64,000 nt of DNA, from assembly GCA_052426225.1 (NCBI GenBank), contig JBNJNM010000013.1, positions 1,488,001-1,552,000 of the forward strand, in the 5' to 3' direction. A model generated the notes under the pieces. That model was not told the DNA's origin, searched no databases, and was given only the letters and a program-made list of their open reading frames with translations. A program made the translations under genes and the position numbers. Every line of letters begins with the position of its first letter. The first letter of the stretch is position 1. This document shows, one piece after another, positions 38,570 through 50,457 of the stretch. This DNA comes from Zancudomyces culisetae HAW-14-8 (lineage: Eukaryota; Fungi; Kickxellomycota).

Positions 38570-39249
38570 TGTTGTTTTTGAGGCTATTTAAGTAGGCCTT
38601 AGGGGCTTTATTTTTTGCAATGTTTTTAAATGTTTTTCATTTAAACACCTTCAAGATTTTCATTTTAAATTTATTTATTTTAAACTTGACTAAATATCAA
38701 CCAGAACGTGTTAATATGATGTAGTTTTGCAAATAAAATTATTTATTATATTAAACTGCAGTGTGTCAGCTATTTTATTAAATGAAAAACATACTCCAGA
38801 CTCATAAAATCTCTATCATGTACTTTCGGCGGCTGTTTAAATCCAATGCAAGTCATGTTTCTTTTACCTAGTTATCTAATATTAAAAAGCTCGGAGAAAA
38901 TAGGATTCATAAATTATCTTTGAATAGGACATTATAATACTTTTGGTAGATTTTGTCGATCCTTTAAAATTGTCTTGGATTAGCTTAGAGAGGAAACAAC
39001 CTTCTGAGCAAACGAACGGTAGGTATGAGGTCTCTACAATATGGAGGGTAGTTAGTTGGGTAGATATTATGTAAGAATATTTTTTTTAGTTATTTTATGC
39101 GATATTTATTTAATAAGCTAGTTAACTTAAAACGAACTATTTTACTAAATAGAGGATGAAATTAAGGCTGTAATATCAATACAGCTGAAGAAGGGAAAAT
39201 AATTATACCAAGAACACACTTTTGGCTTAGATTCACTTGAGCCTAGCAA

Positions 39250-39972
39250 TTATTTTCCACCAGCAGCTGGTGCTGGTGCTGGTGTCGCGGCAGTTGGTGG
39301 TGTAGACTCCTTAATTGCTTTTCTCAATTCTTTGTAGCTTTCCAAAGTACCTCTAGTTTTAAGGTTGGAGAATGCCTTCTTGAGGTCATCAAATACTGGA
39401 TCGCTGAAAAGCTTGTTTACACGTGCCTTCTTGGACTCAAGGCATTTGCTGCACTTCTTGCATGCCTTGAAGCATCTCAATGGTCTGGTGCGTTTCCAGA
39501 ACTTCTTAGCAGTCATCTTTCTGCATTTAACTTGGCACTCACTAGTGCACTTTTCGTACTCAGGACCTTCAAAGTCAGAGCACTTTCTTTCACATTTTAT
39601 CATGCATCTTCTTCTGGCTACTCTGAACAAGCACTTTCTGAACTTTCTCTTGCATCTTCTAACTCTTCTTGATCCTCTGCGTTTTCCAGCAGCCAAATCA
39701 TTTCCCAGGGCTCCATCGCAGGACTCGTTTGAATACTCACCATTGTTCTCAGCGTAGGTTAGGTCGCCCAGGTTTTGGATCCAGTCCCCATTGTTGTTGT
39801 TGATGTTTTCGTTTTGGTTGAAAGCAATACCTTCATTTCCAGATTCATATATTTGGTTATCATTTTGGTGTACTGAATTTTGATACTCATTACTTTGTGC
39901 CGATTGTGAAGAAGCGGATACGCTCAAGGCGTTTAAAGCGAGAGTCAGCAGACTAAGGGTAAAGGCTTTCAT
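39250..39972 (-). CDS. Secreted precursor: signal peptide, acidic Asn/Gln pro-region, cationic Cys-rich domain
   Basis: MKAFTLSLLTLALNALSVSA signal; intronless 240-aa ORF; GKRR site followed by CxxxC arrays. Confidence 0.85.
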   Translation of the reverse strand: MKAFTLSLLTLALNALSVSASSQSAQSNEYQNSVHQNDNQIYESGNEGIAFNQNENINNNNGDWIQNLGDLTYAENNGEYSNESCDGALGNDLAAGKRRGSRRVRRCKRKFRKCLFRVARRRCMIKCERKCSDFEGPEYEKCTSECQVKCRKMTAKKFWKRTRPLRCFKACKKCSKCLESKKARVNKLFSDPVFDDLKKAFSNLKTRGTLESYKELRKAIKESTPPTAATPAPAPAAGGK

Positions 39973-41538
39973 ATTTGTTTAAATTCTAATAAGGTTTTTT
40001 CTTTAGTGAAGTCTAGCTAAAGGGTTGAATGATTATAGTTTTTCTTCTATTAGAGTGCGATGATGATACTGAAAACTTAGAATATGGCTGATTTTGAAGG
40101 TACTTATACTTTTTTTATGCTCATAAACGACCTTCTCTTGAGTAAACACTTTCTGTATTAAACTGTATTGAAGTAAGGCAAAGAAAATTTTGATACTAGG
40201 TATGTTTTTGATATGTGTATGTGTGCGTGTATGTGTATGTTTTCACAAATATAGTGTGGATTATATTGAATGTTATCTAGATTTAAGCCAAATCCAGATC
40301 TCATCTCGAATTAAAGTTGCGGCTGCACGATTATGATAATATTCTAGAGAGTGCATTATTTACTCTGGAGAGTAAAGCTATATTATCACAATATTTTCAT
40401 ATAAAACAAAATTGTGCATATAAAATGGAAAAAGATGCCTATTAGAGGTTAAAAAAGATATAAAAAACTAATATATTCGGATTAGAAGCGCTCTGGTCCC
40501 TGTTTTGTAAATAAATCTAGGCTGAAATATATCGCAATGTATGTTCTTCCAACCCCTATTGGTTCTGGGATACCTCCACTCAATTTTTATTCTGAGTTAT
40601 GCTGTGGACTAAACGATTCGTACATTACTATTGGTCTTGATGGTATATGAAAATGGAAAAGGGCTGCAATAAAACAGAGAGTAATACAGGAATAGTTGCA
40701 AAAATAATGGCTGCTTTATGAATTCAACCCACGATTCTTTCTAGATGCTTTTCCTTTGCAAATGGTGGAGTGTAGCTTGTATTACAATTATCTAGATCCA
40801 AATATGATAGAACTGCGCTTATTGATAGATATTCTTTATGTAGCTAGCTGGAATGGTTTTCACAAAAAATATATATATTAGGGTGCGTTATTACTTTGTG
40901 GCTGGAACATGTTTCTAATTGAAAAATAAAAGAATTTCATTTTGGATTACAAATCACATGGCTGGACTCAATACTTTTCTGGTGAACTTGTGCTTGAAAT
41001 TCCTAGTGACAACGAGTATGATAATGGTCTCAAACCAAAAAAATACCGAACTGAGGTATCATTCTAGTTCTTAATTTGCTCATCTCCACTAAATACAGGC
41101 ATTCTGGGTTATACCCAATAAATAATAAATATACATCACTATCCCTTTTAGTGAGTATCTTCTCGAAATAGAGCACAATACCTGAAAAACCCAGGTCGCC
41201 ATAAACACACACTAAAAAAGCCGATAATTCTTGGTAGCACTATTCCACCTCGCCAAATAAATGCTAGTGTATACGTATGTTACAAGCTGAAGTTAAAATG
41301 GCATTTCTGCAACTCATTAATTGTCAAAACACAGAAAAAGCTTATGATTAATCAAATTATACACATAGATTTAACTTTATTTCACAAAAATACTAATCTT
41401 TTTCCAGTTTGACCAAATAAATCAAAATATTTTTACAAAAAAGCAACAAGGAAAGCTACTGGAAAGTATAGGGGAGCATCAATCACTAAGCCAAATAATA
41501 TTCATGATACACACCGCATGTAAGTAATGTTAATACTA

Positions 41539-42139
41539 TTATCCTTGAATCAACAATTTTTCTATTTGGATTTTTATGTTGTTAATCATGTTCTTCAAGT
41601 CAGAAGCTTCGTTAGTTGTTACTGAAGCGGCAATAACTGGTCTGCTGACACCACAGGCACGACCCAATGTAGTTTTTGAAGGAACAAATACATATGGAAC
41701 GTTCTTATCCTCACACAAAAGTGGCAAGTGCAAAAGGATTTCAAGAGGCTCACAGTCAGCTGCGAGAATTATAAACTCTGATGTACCTCTGTTCAATGTC
41801 TTTGTTGCCTCATTAGCACCCTTTTTGAGTTGCTTATAGTTGGAAGCTTGTTGTACAAGATCCAAAATAGTTGATGTCAAAGAGTCATCGGCTAGTGGGA
41901 ATGCTTTTTGGTTAATTTCGGCCTAGTTCATCAATTAGTTTAATGTTAGTTCAATTGTTGTTTCACATGTGGAAGACCATTCACTTTTATTTGAATAGTA
42001 CAGATAAGAATTCTTTGATGTGTCAGAAAAGAACTTTGTCACATATTGTTTCGAAGTGAGCTGAGTAAGATTATCATCAACTGTTATCAATCGAATTCTT
42101 GTAATAGAGGAGAATAAATGTTGAAAAATTACTTACCAT
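41539..42139 (-). CDS. SNU13: Snu13/15.5K K-turn-binding protein (exon 1 = ATG only; intron 41923-42136)
   Basis: [57 protein letters not shown]. Confidence 0.96.
42018..42085 (-). ncRNA. Intronic C/D-box snoRNA with two LSU rRNA guides (snR71/SNORD29-like D' guide)
   Basis: Box C TGATGA (42079-74), box D CTGA (42026-23), external stem AAGAATTC/GAATTCTT. Guides ACTCAGCTCAC and CAAAGTTCTTTT are complementary to conserved LSU GUGAGCUGGGU and AAAAGAACUUUG. Confidence 0.85.
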
Positions 42140-44186
42140 TTTTGTTCTGTGTTTGTGTTTTTTTGTTCTAATTGTTCTACTTTGTGGTTTAAACAAGGGT
42201 TTAAATACTAAATTATTAAATTATTAAAATAAAAAACACCAAAATTAAATTTAATGAAAAAATTTTTTCTCCAAATTATCCTGGATCATCAATTAAAAAT
42301 AGTAAAAAATTTTCTGCTGCTGTCAAGTAAAAGGCACACAAAAAGGGTTACTAGAAAAAAAATTTTCAGTTGCTATTCTTCCCCAATAATAAAGTAGACT
42401 TGTGGAAAAAAAAATTTTTTCTCAAATAACCTATGATAGCTGAACTTGGCTGTCACATGTTGAGGTTAACACTCTTACAGCTTTGAATTCATTCTATGAT
42501 AAAAAGTTGACGCTTTTCAGGCATCATAGCCTCGTAGAGATTTCAGCTGAATAAAAATAGTCGACATGTTTTAAAAAACAAGGTTGTAAAGCATCAGTTT
42601 TTTGGTTTCTGTTTATAAATACAGGCATTTTTCCTTTAAAATACAAAAAGTAATGAGGGTTACTATATCAATGATACCATGACCAGGTACAAAAGCTAAA
42701 GCAACAGAGAACCAAAGTGAGTGCAAGGGGATCCGTCGAATTTGGAAGCACCTTTATGAGGCGTATGCACCTCAACAAAGAAGCACAATCTCTTTGAATT
42801 TCAGCTTAAAAGCTTCGGGATAGACTCCTCAATATTTTAGCCTAATGAATACAACTGATCTTTTTGACTGAACTCTATAACTGCACGCAAAAAAAAAAAC
42901 GCGATACACATAAATGTGCATTTTCAGGCGGTTCTTTCGGGGGAAATTCACCTGTTAGTAGCGCAATCCTCGGCTGCACAGGCGGTGTTTTTTTAAATAT
43001 TAAGCCCACATGTTTGTTTTGCTTTTGATTTGCATTTTTGTCATACACAATTTGAAGAATGAGTCAAACCATCGAATCAAAACAGTGGAGTTCTTTTTTT
43101 ATATTGCCCATTTAAAAAATAGCTCGAATCTTTTGCAAGAACAAAGGAAAGAAGACAAGAAAAAAAAATTATGAATGAGGGTGGCTTGAAGGAGGAGCAA
43201 CAAATGCCAAATTTTGTTTTTAATAAAACTTTTTGGAAAACGTCAAATTGCCAGAACTTTTTCTCGTTGAAAACGAATAATATTTGATCGACGCTAAATT
43301 CGATTCAATGGAAAATCGCAAGCCTTCATGCTAACCAGTTGCCTTTGTTGGTGGGTGGTTTTTTTCTTTTGTCTTTTTAGAGATGGCTTTTTGGATGAGC
43401 TACACACATTATACTAATTTTTTTGAGGATCACGGATTTTATACGCATTTAAGCAAAAATGACATTTAAGGTGCCAACTCCTATCCCAATACTAACAAAG
43501 CTGGCTTTTTTTATTCTGCGCAAAAAATCTTCAGGTTATTGAAAATTCAGCAGAGTTTTCTTGTGTATTAGCTTAGCATGGTAAAATTCAAAAACTAAAG
43601 ATGGTGATTCAATAAAATACAGCCCACTCGTTGGCTGAGTTGGATATTAGTGCAGTGTTAACTTTGGTAGTGGCTAAATTAAAACAAACAAATGCTATTT
43701 TTAGTAAGAATAAAATGTCTGATTATTAATATCAATGATCTGCTAGTGAATTCAACACACAATGAAATTGCTTGGGATTGGACGGATAGCTAATAAGTTG
43801 TACCAAAACTCAATATATTCTTTTATAAAAGAAAACAGACCCCCAAATATTTCAAGGAGTAAAAAAAACCCACCATTACATATTATAATATATAGGAAAG
43901 CATTGGTCCTTTAAGCTACTTCATTAAATTTGCATATCTTTTTCTGTTAGGTTTTGGCCATAACAAAAGCTTGTAGATACTTCAGTCAACTGTTTTGCAT
44001 ATACTTTACATACTCTAGTCTAACATAAACTCGAGAGCTATAAGAAAAGTGGTGTGGAACATTCTAAAATAGGTATTAACCGATAGGTAAATGAAATACC
44101 TTTAAGAAAGGTAGGAACATCGAGAAGAAACTCATCCAACAAAGCACATATAGAGCCATTGTAAAAATAAAATAAAAACACTTACG

Positions 44187-45074
44187 ATGAAACGAAAGAG
44201 CATATTTATGAACAGATACAGTACCATAGTATTGGTAATACTACAACTAATGATAACAGGGGGAATCAACTCGCAGTCAATAAATGTACAGAATCCCGAG
44301 GGAATCGGAATGTATTACTATTATGCTGAGAAGGGAAGCAAAGACAGTGCAAAAATCCTAATTAGCCCCAAGAAAAGTGATAGCGCAGACCCAAATAAGG
44401 AGTGGTCTTACATGTTTAAGTATAACTACGACTCGGCGCTAAGTGTCTCTGAAGTGACATCAGGGTTTTCGTATGGAACATATCCAAACGGTATGGTTAC
44501 ATTTGTTCCTCCAAAAGACCATCCTTTCGACTCGCTTGCATTCACCATAAAGCCACAACAATTGGTAAATAGCGGAGATGGTAGTAAAAGCTATTTCAAG
44601 CCATCTTCCGTGCTGATACTCAAGTCTAGAACTCCAAGCGGGAACGTCGCTGCGGTAAATTTAGTAGAAGGTGTTGACTATGTGGTAATCGAGAATAAAG
44701 ATCTTCTGGATGAAGGTGGGTTAAATCAGCTAATAACCGCAAATCAAGTCGGAAGCACAAACTCTACAGCAGCTGCACCAACAGGAGCGGCAGGTACAGC
44801 AGGTACAACAGGTACAACAGGTACAACAGGTACAGCAGGAACAGCAGGTAACCTAAGTACACCTGCAACAACAAACCCGAATGGGCCCGGAATTAAATAC
44901 ATTCCTGGAAATCCGGACTATGATAAGTCAATGAATCCTCTTGGAATGCAGCTAACTGGGCCTAAAACAGGGCTTTATGTCTACTCTGCTATATCAGCCA
45001 TAGGAGTACTATTCTATTTGTTTGGAACAATTGTGAGATTACGGTACAAAAACGCTTACTACAGGAATATATAA
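44187..45074 (+). CDS. Single-pass membrane/surface protein with Gly/Thr-rich linker, function unknown
   Basis: N-terminal hydrophobic signal, GTA/GTT repeats, C-terminal TM followed by a basic tail; 295-aa intronless ORF. Confidence 0.75.
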   Translation: MKRKSIFMNRYSTIVLVILQLMITGGINSQSINVQNPEGIGMYYYYAEKGSKDSAKILISPKKSDSADPNKEWSYMFKYNYDSALSVSEVTSGFSYGTYPNGMVTFVPPKDHPFDSLAFTIKPQQLVNSGDGSKSYFKPSSVLILKSRTPSGNVAAVNLVEGVDYVVIENKDLLDEGGLNQLITANQVGSTNSTAAAPTGAAGTAGTTGTTGTTGTAGTAGNLSTPATTNPNGPGIKYIPGNPDYDKSMNPLGMQLTGPKTGLYVYSAISAIGVLFYLFGTIVRLRYKNAYYRNI

Positions 45075-45628
45075 AAGCCTTCCTCCAGTATCAGTTGTAT
45101 TTTACTAGCAGCCTTGCTTTATGTTTTATTTTTGCAAGATATTAGAGTTCAATAATTAGATCAAATCCAAACTTGCAGTGGTCGATAATTGTATCACTAT
45201 CGAAACTACACACATATATTTACACTATTAGCTTTTATCACAGCTCCTAATTCGTTATATCCATTTTAGCCTTCCCTCCGTACTTTCACTTTAATTTAGT
45301 TTCATTTTAGTGCGCAGACATCATCATACTTTTCATCAACAAGATTATTAGCCAATTCATAGTAAAACTTCTTTAAAAAGTGATACACATGTAATCGTGT
45401 TAGTTTTCATAATATCTGGCCGTAGTATGTCACCAACCCCTCACACACTGACAAATAGTTTTAATTATCTAACGAGCCTTATAACATAACTTTAAACGCA
45501 AGTATAATCAGTATTGTATACCGGTCCCCTCTGATGATAAATATACTAGAATTGTTAGTACACTAAAGTTTTATTGATTTTTTTTTAAAAAATAAAGGCA
45601 TAAAGTATCATCCTAAAAGAGTAAATTC

Positions 45629-46088
45629 TCATTCCTTCTTTTTTTCATTATTTTCAACAAATCCTAGTTGCTTCATTTCCACCTTGTCCATTAGGTCTTT
45701 GTTCATTCTACAAGAAAGATACTCTTTTGCTAGGTCTCTACATTTGGAATGGCTTCCAGTAGCATTATTTTTCTCAATGCATTTCAAATATTGTTCCATC
45801 ACTTGTTTACACTCACCTATGTCGTTTTACTTATCTAAATAAGGTATGCTTTTATATGAAATTCTTTTACACGCCCAGAGATTGAGCAAGTTCAAAATTC
45901 GAGTATCTTTGCGTTATATTAACAGACATTGATGGATAAGTAAAAGCATAAGCACAGAGACAAAGTCAGTGCGTCAAAATAGATAGAAAATATAACTTTA
46001 AAAGCTTACCAAAGTGGTCGAGAGGAAAGCTTCCTCTGTCTGGAGGAACAGGTGATAGCTGAGTATTCATTTGCCCACCATAGCTCAT
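45629..46088 (-). CDS. COX19: Twin CX9C cytochrome oxidase assembly protein (exons 46088-46010, 45816-45629)
   Basis: [25 protein letters not shown]...CRDLAKEYLSCRMNKDLM...LGF. Confidence 0.93.
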
Positions 46089-46615
46089 TTTGCTTGCTTT
46101 TGTATCTTTTTTGTCTGATGCTCTTAGTTTTGCCGGCCTACAACTGCCTTGTGAGTATTATTTCTTGTATCTTGGTAATTTGTGATAAAATCAAAAGACA
46201 ATGTGTAGTTGTGTATATTTTTTCGCTTTATCTTTGTGCTTTATTTTTAGGCTTCACATAGCTAATCATCATAAATTGCCGACTTCTTTAACAGATTGGG
46301 GGGAAATTGAAGACCTGTATTATCTAAAAGGCGCTTTGTTTTCATTTGGCTGATTTTGCTGATTTGGGCCAATTTGTTTTCCCAAATCCAAACTGAGCTT
46401 CAGAAAAGCAAAATAAAAAAATACTACCTGGCCAAAAACTGGGATAAGTGCATTTGAAATTAATAACAAACAAGCAAATCTACAGCACAAAAACGGTAAA
46501 AATAAAAAACAAAAAAACTTTTTATTCCAATCTCAACTCTTTTACTATCTTCCTGTTGCTACTACACTACTACTACAAATATCTAGAAGCGAGTGATTAC
46601 CAAAGACCTCTAAAG

Positions 46616-47320
46616 ATGAACAACATAACACTAGTAAGTCACATTTTACTCATGAGCGTATTTATCGTTTAAATATCCACATTCTACAACTCTTCTTTTA
46701 TTCAAAAATGAAAAACATAAACTTTATAAATAAATTTATTCGATACACATGGTGTAGGTCAATAAAGCTGACGAAAAGGATGTCCAAGTTGAATGGGAGG
46801 ATCAAATTAAAATCAATAGATTTAGCTCCTTAAACATGAAACTCGAAACACTCCAAGAAAAGTATGATTACTATGAGGTAACGTTACCACCATATCTACT
46901 AAAATGCGCAAACATCAAGCATTCCTTCTGTTGTTGTTTTTTTCTCAAACTTAAAATAACTTGACGATCTTTTTTTCAAGTTTGTAAAACATATAAATAC
47001 TCTGACCTGCTCTTTGGTTTAAAAGCGCTAAACTTTCAATTAAATACTAATTATAGAAAGAAAAAGTGTTCTATGACGATTTGATGCTCGAAATGGAATT
47101 GTTTGACGAGGAAGAACCTGTTAGGTATAAAATCGGTGATTGTTTTGTTTTTCTAAACCTCGAAGATGCCATCAATCGAGTGGAGGCAGACAAAGAGAAA
47201 ATAGATAATGAATTATCGAAAGTAAAATCTATGATTTCTAATATTAACAACGAGATGGATGGACTTAAGGTGGCTTTGTATGCCAAATTTGGAAAATCTA
47301 TAAATCTGGACAAAGATTGA
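46616..47320 (+). CDS. GIM3: Prefoldin subunit 4 (3 exons)
   Basis: VQVEWEDQIKINRFSSLN, ELFDEEEPVRYKIGDCF, MDGLKVALYAKFGKSINLD. Confidence 0.93.
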
Positions 47321-47512
47321 AGAAATCGGTGTGTATTCTTTGTAAAAAGCTAGTATGAGTTTGCAAAACGGCGATTTTCTAGTTTAATTTTTGCAACTCT
47401 ACATAACCCAACACAACCTTAGAACTTTACTAAAGCATCTTTTTTATTATCTTGGTTTTATATTTTAAATTGTAATAACATAAAACAGCCACTATTCTTG
47501 GCCTTATTTGCT

Positions 47513-48676
47513 TCAAACGTGGTAATAATTGGTGGGGTTGTTTATAATATCTAGCGAGAGTTTCTTAATAGCATCTACTGCTATAATTTGGTGCATTCTA
47601 CTGCCAAAGTGTGAATCGTCGAACCATAGCTTAACCATAGCACCTTTATTCTCGACCATAACGCCTACCCCACCAGTTTTTATGCCCATTTGTTTGCTAT
47701 AAGAATCTACTGCCGGCACTAACACATCCTCGTCAAGTCCGTATTTTGCAGGGTTTTTGTTGACTTTTTTTACAAGGTCACACACGTTGTACATAATGAT
47801 GTTCAACATGGGATATTCGAAACTTAGTTTTTGAATACTGTTCATCAATTGTTCGTTAAATTCTCTGGTGAAATTTCGACAGCTCTGCGTAATCTTTGTG
47901 TTTTGCATTTGAACTACATATGGCATAAGCTCATGAGGGAAGCAGTTCACAATCAGAATGTTCTTTGCGTGTGCGTGCTCATATAGCATACTCTAACGTT
48001 TTTATGAAGATATTTTGTTACGTGTGTGCTTCAGACATTTTAATAATATATTTATTGGCATATTTGCTGTGTGTAACAAAACAGATACCTACCGTACACT
48101 CAATAAGCTCGGTCACAAATCTACTGGCACTAATTTGTCCCTTTATCGAGTAATATTCTGGAATAATAAGTGTGCTTAGGTCGATAGTCCCGGCGTTGAT
48201 AATAAACAGCGTCCTGTCTATTGGTACGTTTTTTGAGCTCAGGGGGTACAGTTTCAAATACTTCATTATTTGCTGCTTAACCCCTGGAATCAGCTTTTTG
48301 CTTCCATCAGGCAGTTTTACTTTACCTGAAACGAGTTCGTTGTTGATAGTGGCACCTCCTAATTTATGAAATATCATCAATCTCTACGCTTTATCAAAAG
48401 TTCATCACTCATAGGCAGCTTAAATTGGTATTTTAAAAGATATAAATAAATAATAATAGTAGTAATGATATATCAAACACACTTACCATATGCATAGTTA
48501 TCAACTGAAACGCCTAGTATTCTTGCAAAGTTCTCCACCCATGATGGCCCATTTGAAAACCTGCCATTATAAAATGGTATTGATGGAAACGTATTTTCTG
48601 AGAGCTCATAGATATTTCCACTATCTGCCATACAATCACCAAAGACTACAAGTCGCTCAATAGATTTTAACGACAT
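47513..48676 (-). CDS. GDSL/SGNH hydrolase-family protein with altered catalytic residues (3 exons)
   Basis: LVVFGDCMADSGN, NGRFSNGPSWVE, NYAYGGAT, AGTID, LWFDDSHF. Confidence 0.85.
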
Positions 48677-50457
48677 TTCTAAAATTATTGTATACCAAAG
48701 TACTCTATTTGTTATTTTTCTGTTTATTTGTATATTGATGTTTATGAAACAAATATGTTTGTCTGTTTTATCCTCACTGTTTTGTATATAACAATGAAAT
48801 AAATTAAATATTGAATAGCACTTTAAAAAACTTCTGGATTCTCCCTTTTATCTAAACACACAATCCTCAGCTATCATTTTCATTTAGTACCACTAATATC
48901 TATTAGTATACTTGTGCATTGTAGCTTTCTGTGATGAGCAAAGGCGATATCAAAGCAGCTTCGAGTACTTTTGGAAATACGAGCTGCAAAACAGGCCAAC
49001 TCAGTAAATCATGTGCAAATATTAATACTCAAGCTTCCAATAAACGACTAGGCTTTCATTTTCAATTTCTGAGTAGCCTTATTGCGCCTTGGCGAGAACA
49101 TTTAGTTAGTCAATCATATTGCTCAATACTGTTTAAGCTAAATTCGAGAGCACAATTCTGGGCCTTAAATACGCTCTTGTAATCTGCAACCCTCTTTTAA
49201 TTTTGCTTCAAACTAGGCTATAAAATTTATTACACGTTATTGCTTTGACTGATATAGAAACTAAAATCTAAGGGTGAAACAAGTAGAGAAAAAGACTATA
49301 AACACACAGTGTCCAGTTATAAGTATAAACCCTCCCTAAAAACCTTTAGCTATCTCTTTAGCAATGTCAGGTTTAATGGTGTTTTTTGAAGGAAAAAAAA
49401 TACTTAGATGAACACATTTAGAAGCTCATACTTGGTTTAGGAAGTGCCTCCGGAGAACTACAAACCAAGTAACACCATAGTATACACACAAGGTTGTATA
49501 AATGCATAATCTTCCATAGAATAGTATAGTTTTGTATTTGTATCGCGTGCAACTGTGCATACATCTACCTATTTGTTTGGTCGTTTCTTTTCCTTTTTTG
49601 GACAAAGTGTAGTTCGTGAAAGTATCACCATTTCACCCTTCAAATATTTTTTTAGTCGATACTATAAGCCTGTAAATAACGAATGCAGGGTAATTAACCA
49701 ATCTGGCTACACCCGGTCAGTGTCAGTACCTGTATGATAGTGGCAGTGTGAGACTGAGCGAAGGCGTGGAAGATATTTATGGGTGAGGATATTAACAAAC
49801 GTTATATAATCACTTTGGCTTCTTTTCTTTCTTTTCAAAAAATGCATTTTTGATATTGTGTCGCATACAACTACAATACAGGAACCAAGTCAATAATAGC
49901 AAAACAAGAGGTGTTCAGATTTTTGAGTTATGTACAAGTCATATTGTCTTGCACGTAATTTAAAAATAAGCTGATTTTACCTCTGTGTTTTGGATGTATT
50001 TGACTTTTACAGCAAAGAATAGGTTTAAATTGTCTAAAAGAAAAATATTTGAAAAGTATTTCTGTAAAACTAAAAACAGAATCGTTCATACACTCTAAAC
50101 TTAGCCTTTTAAGAAAATATGAGTATAAAATGCTAAAGTATTGGTGATTCCGTCAATGTTATGTATAGTTTTCTTTTTAAAAAAACAAAGGGCAAGCATC
50201 TAAAAGCAGTGATATGCAGCAATAGTTTTATTTGAGAGTATTGGTGCTATTCTTTCGTGCACCTGCTAAACATAGACAATTTTAATAAGTACCAAAAAAC
50301 ATGCACCATTAGCAAACAAGTGCATAGAATAATATATAAATTGAGAAAACCCTGTGCATCACACTGTTCCCCTCCCCTCCATGTTGTTAACAAAAAATAT
50401 ATTAATCATATACTACAGAAATAACAAAACGATAATATAAAGTACAAACTATATGAA

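Noticed and set aside
46421-46431. ATACTACCTGG resembles the U1 snRNA 5' end
   Set aside because: Lacks one T of ATACTTACCTGG and no U1 stem-loops follow.
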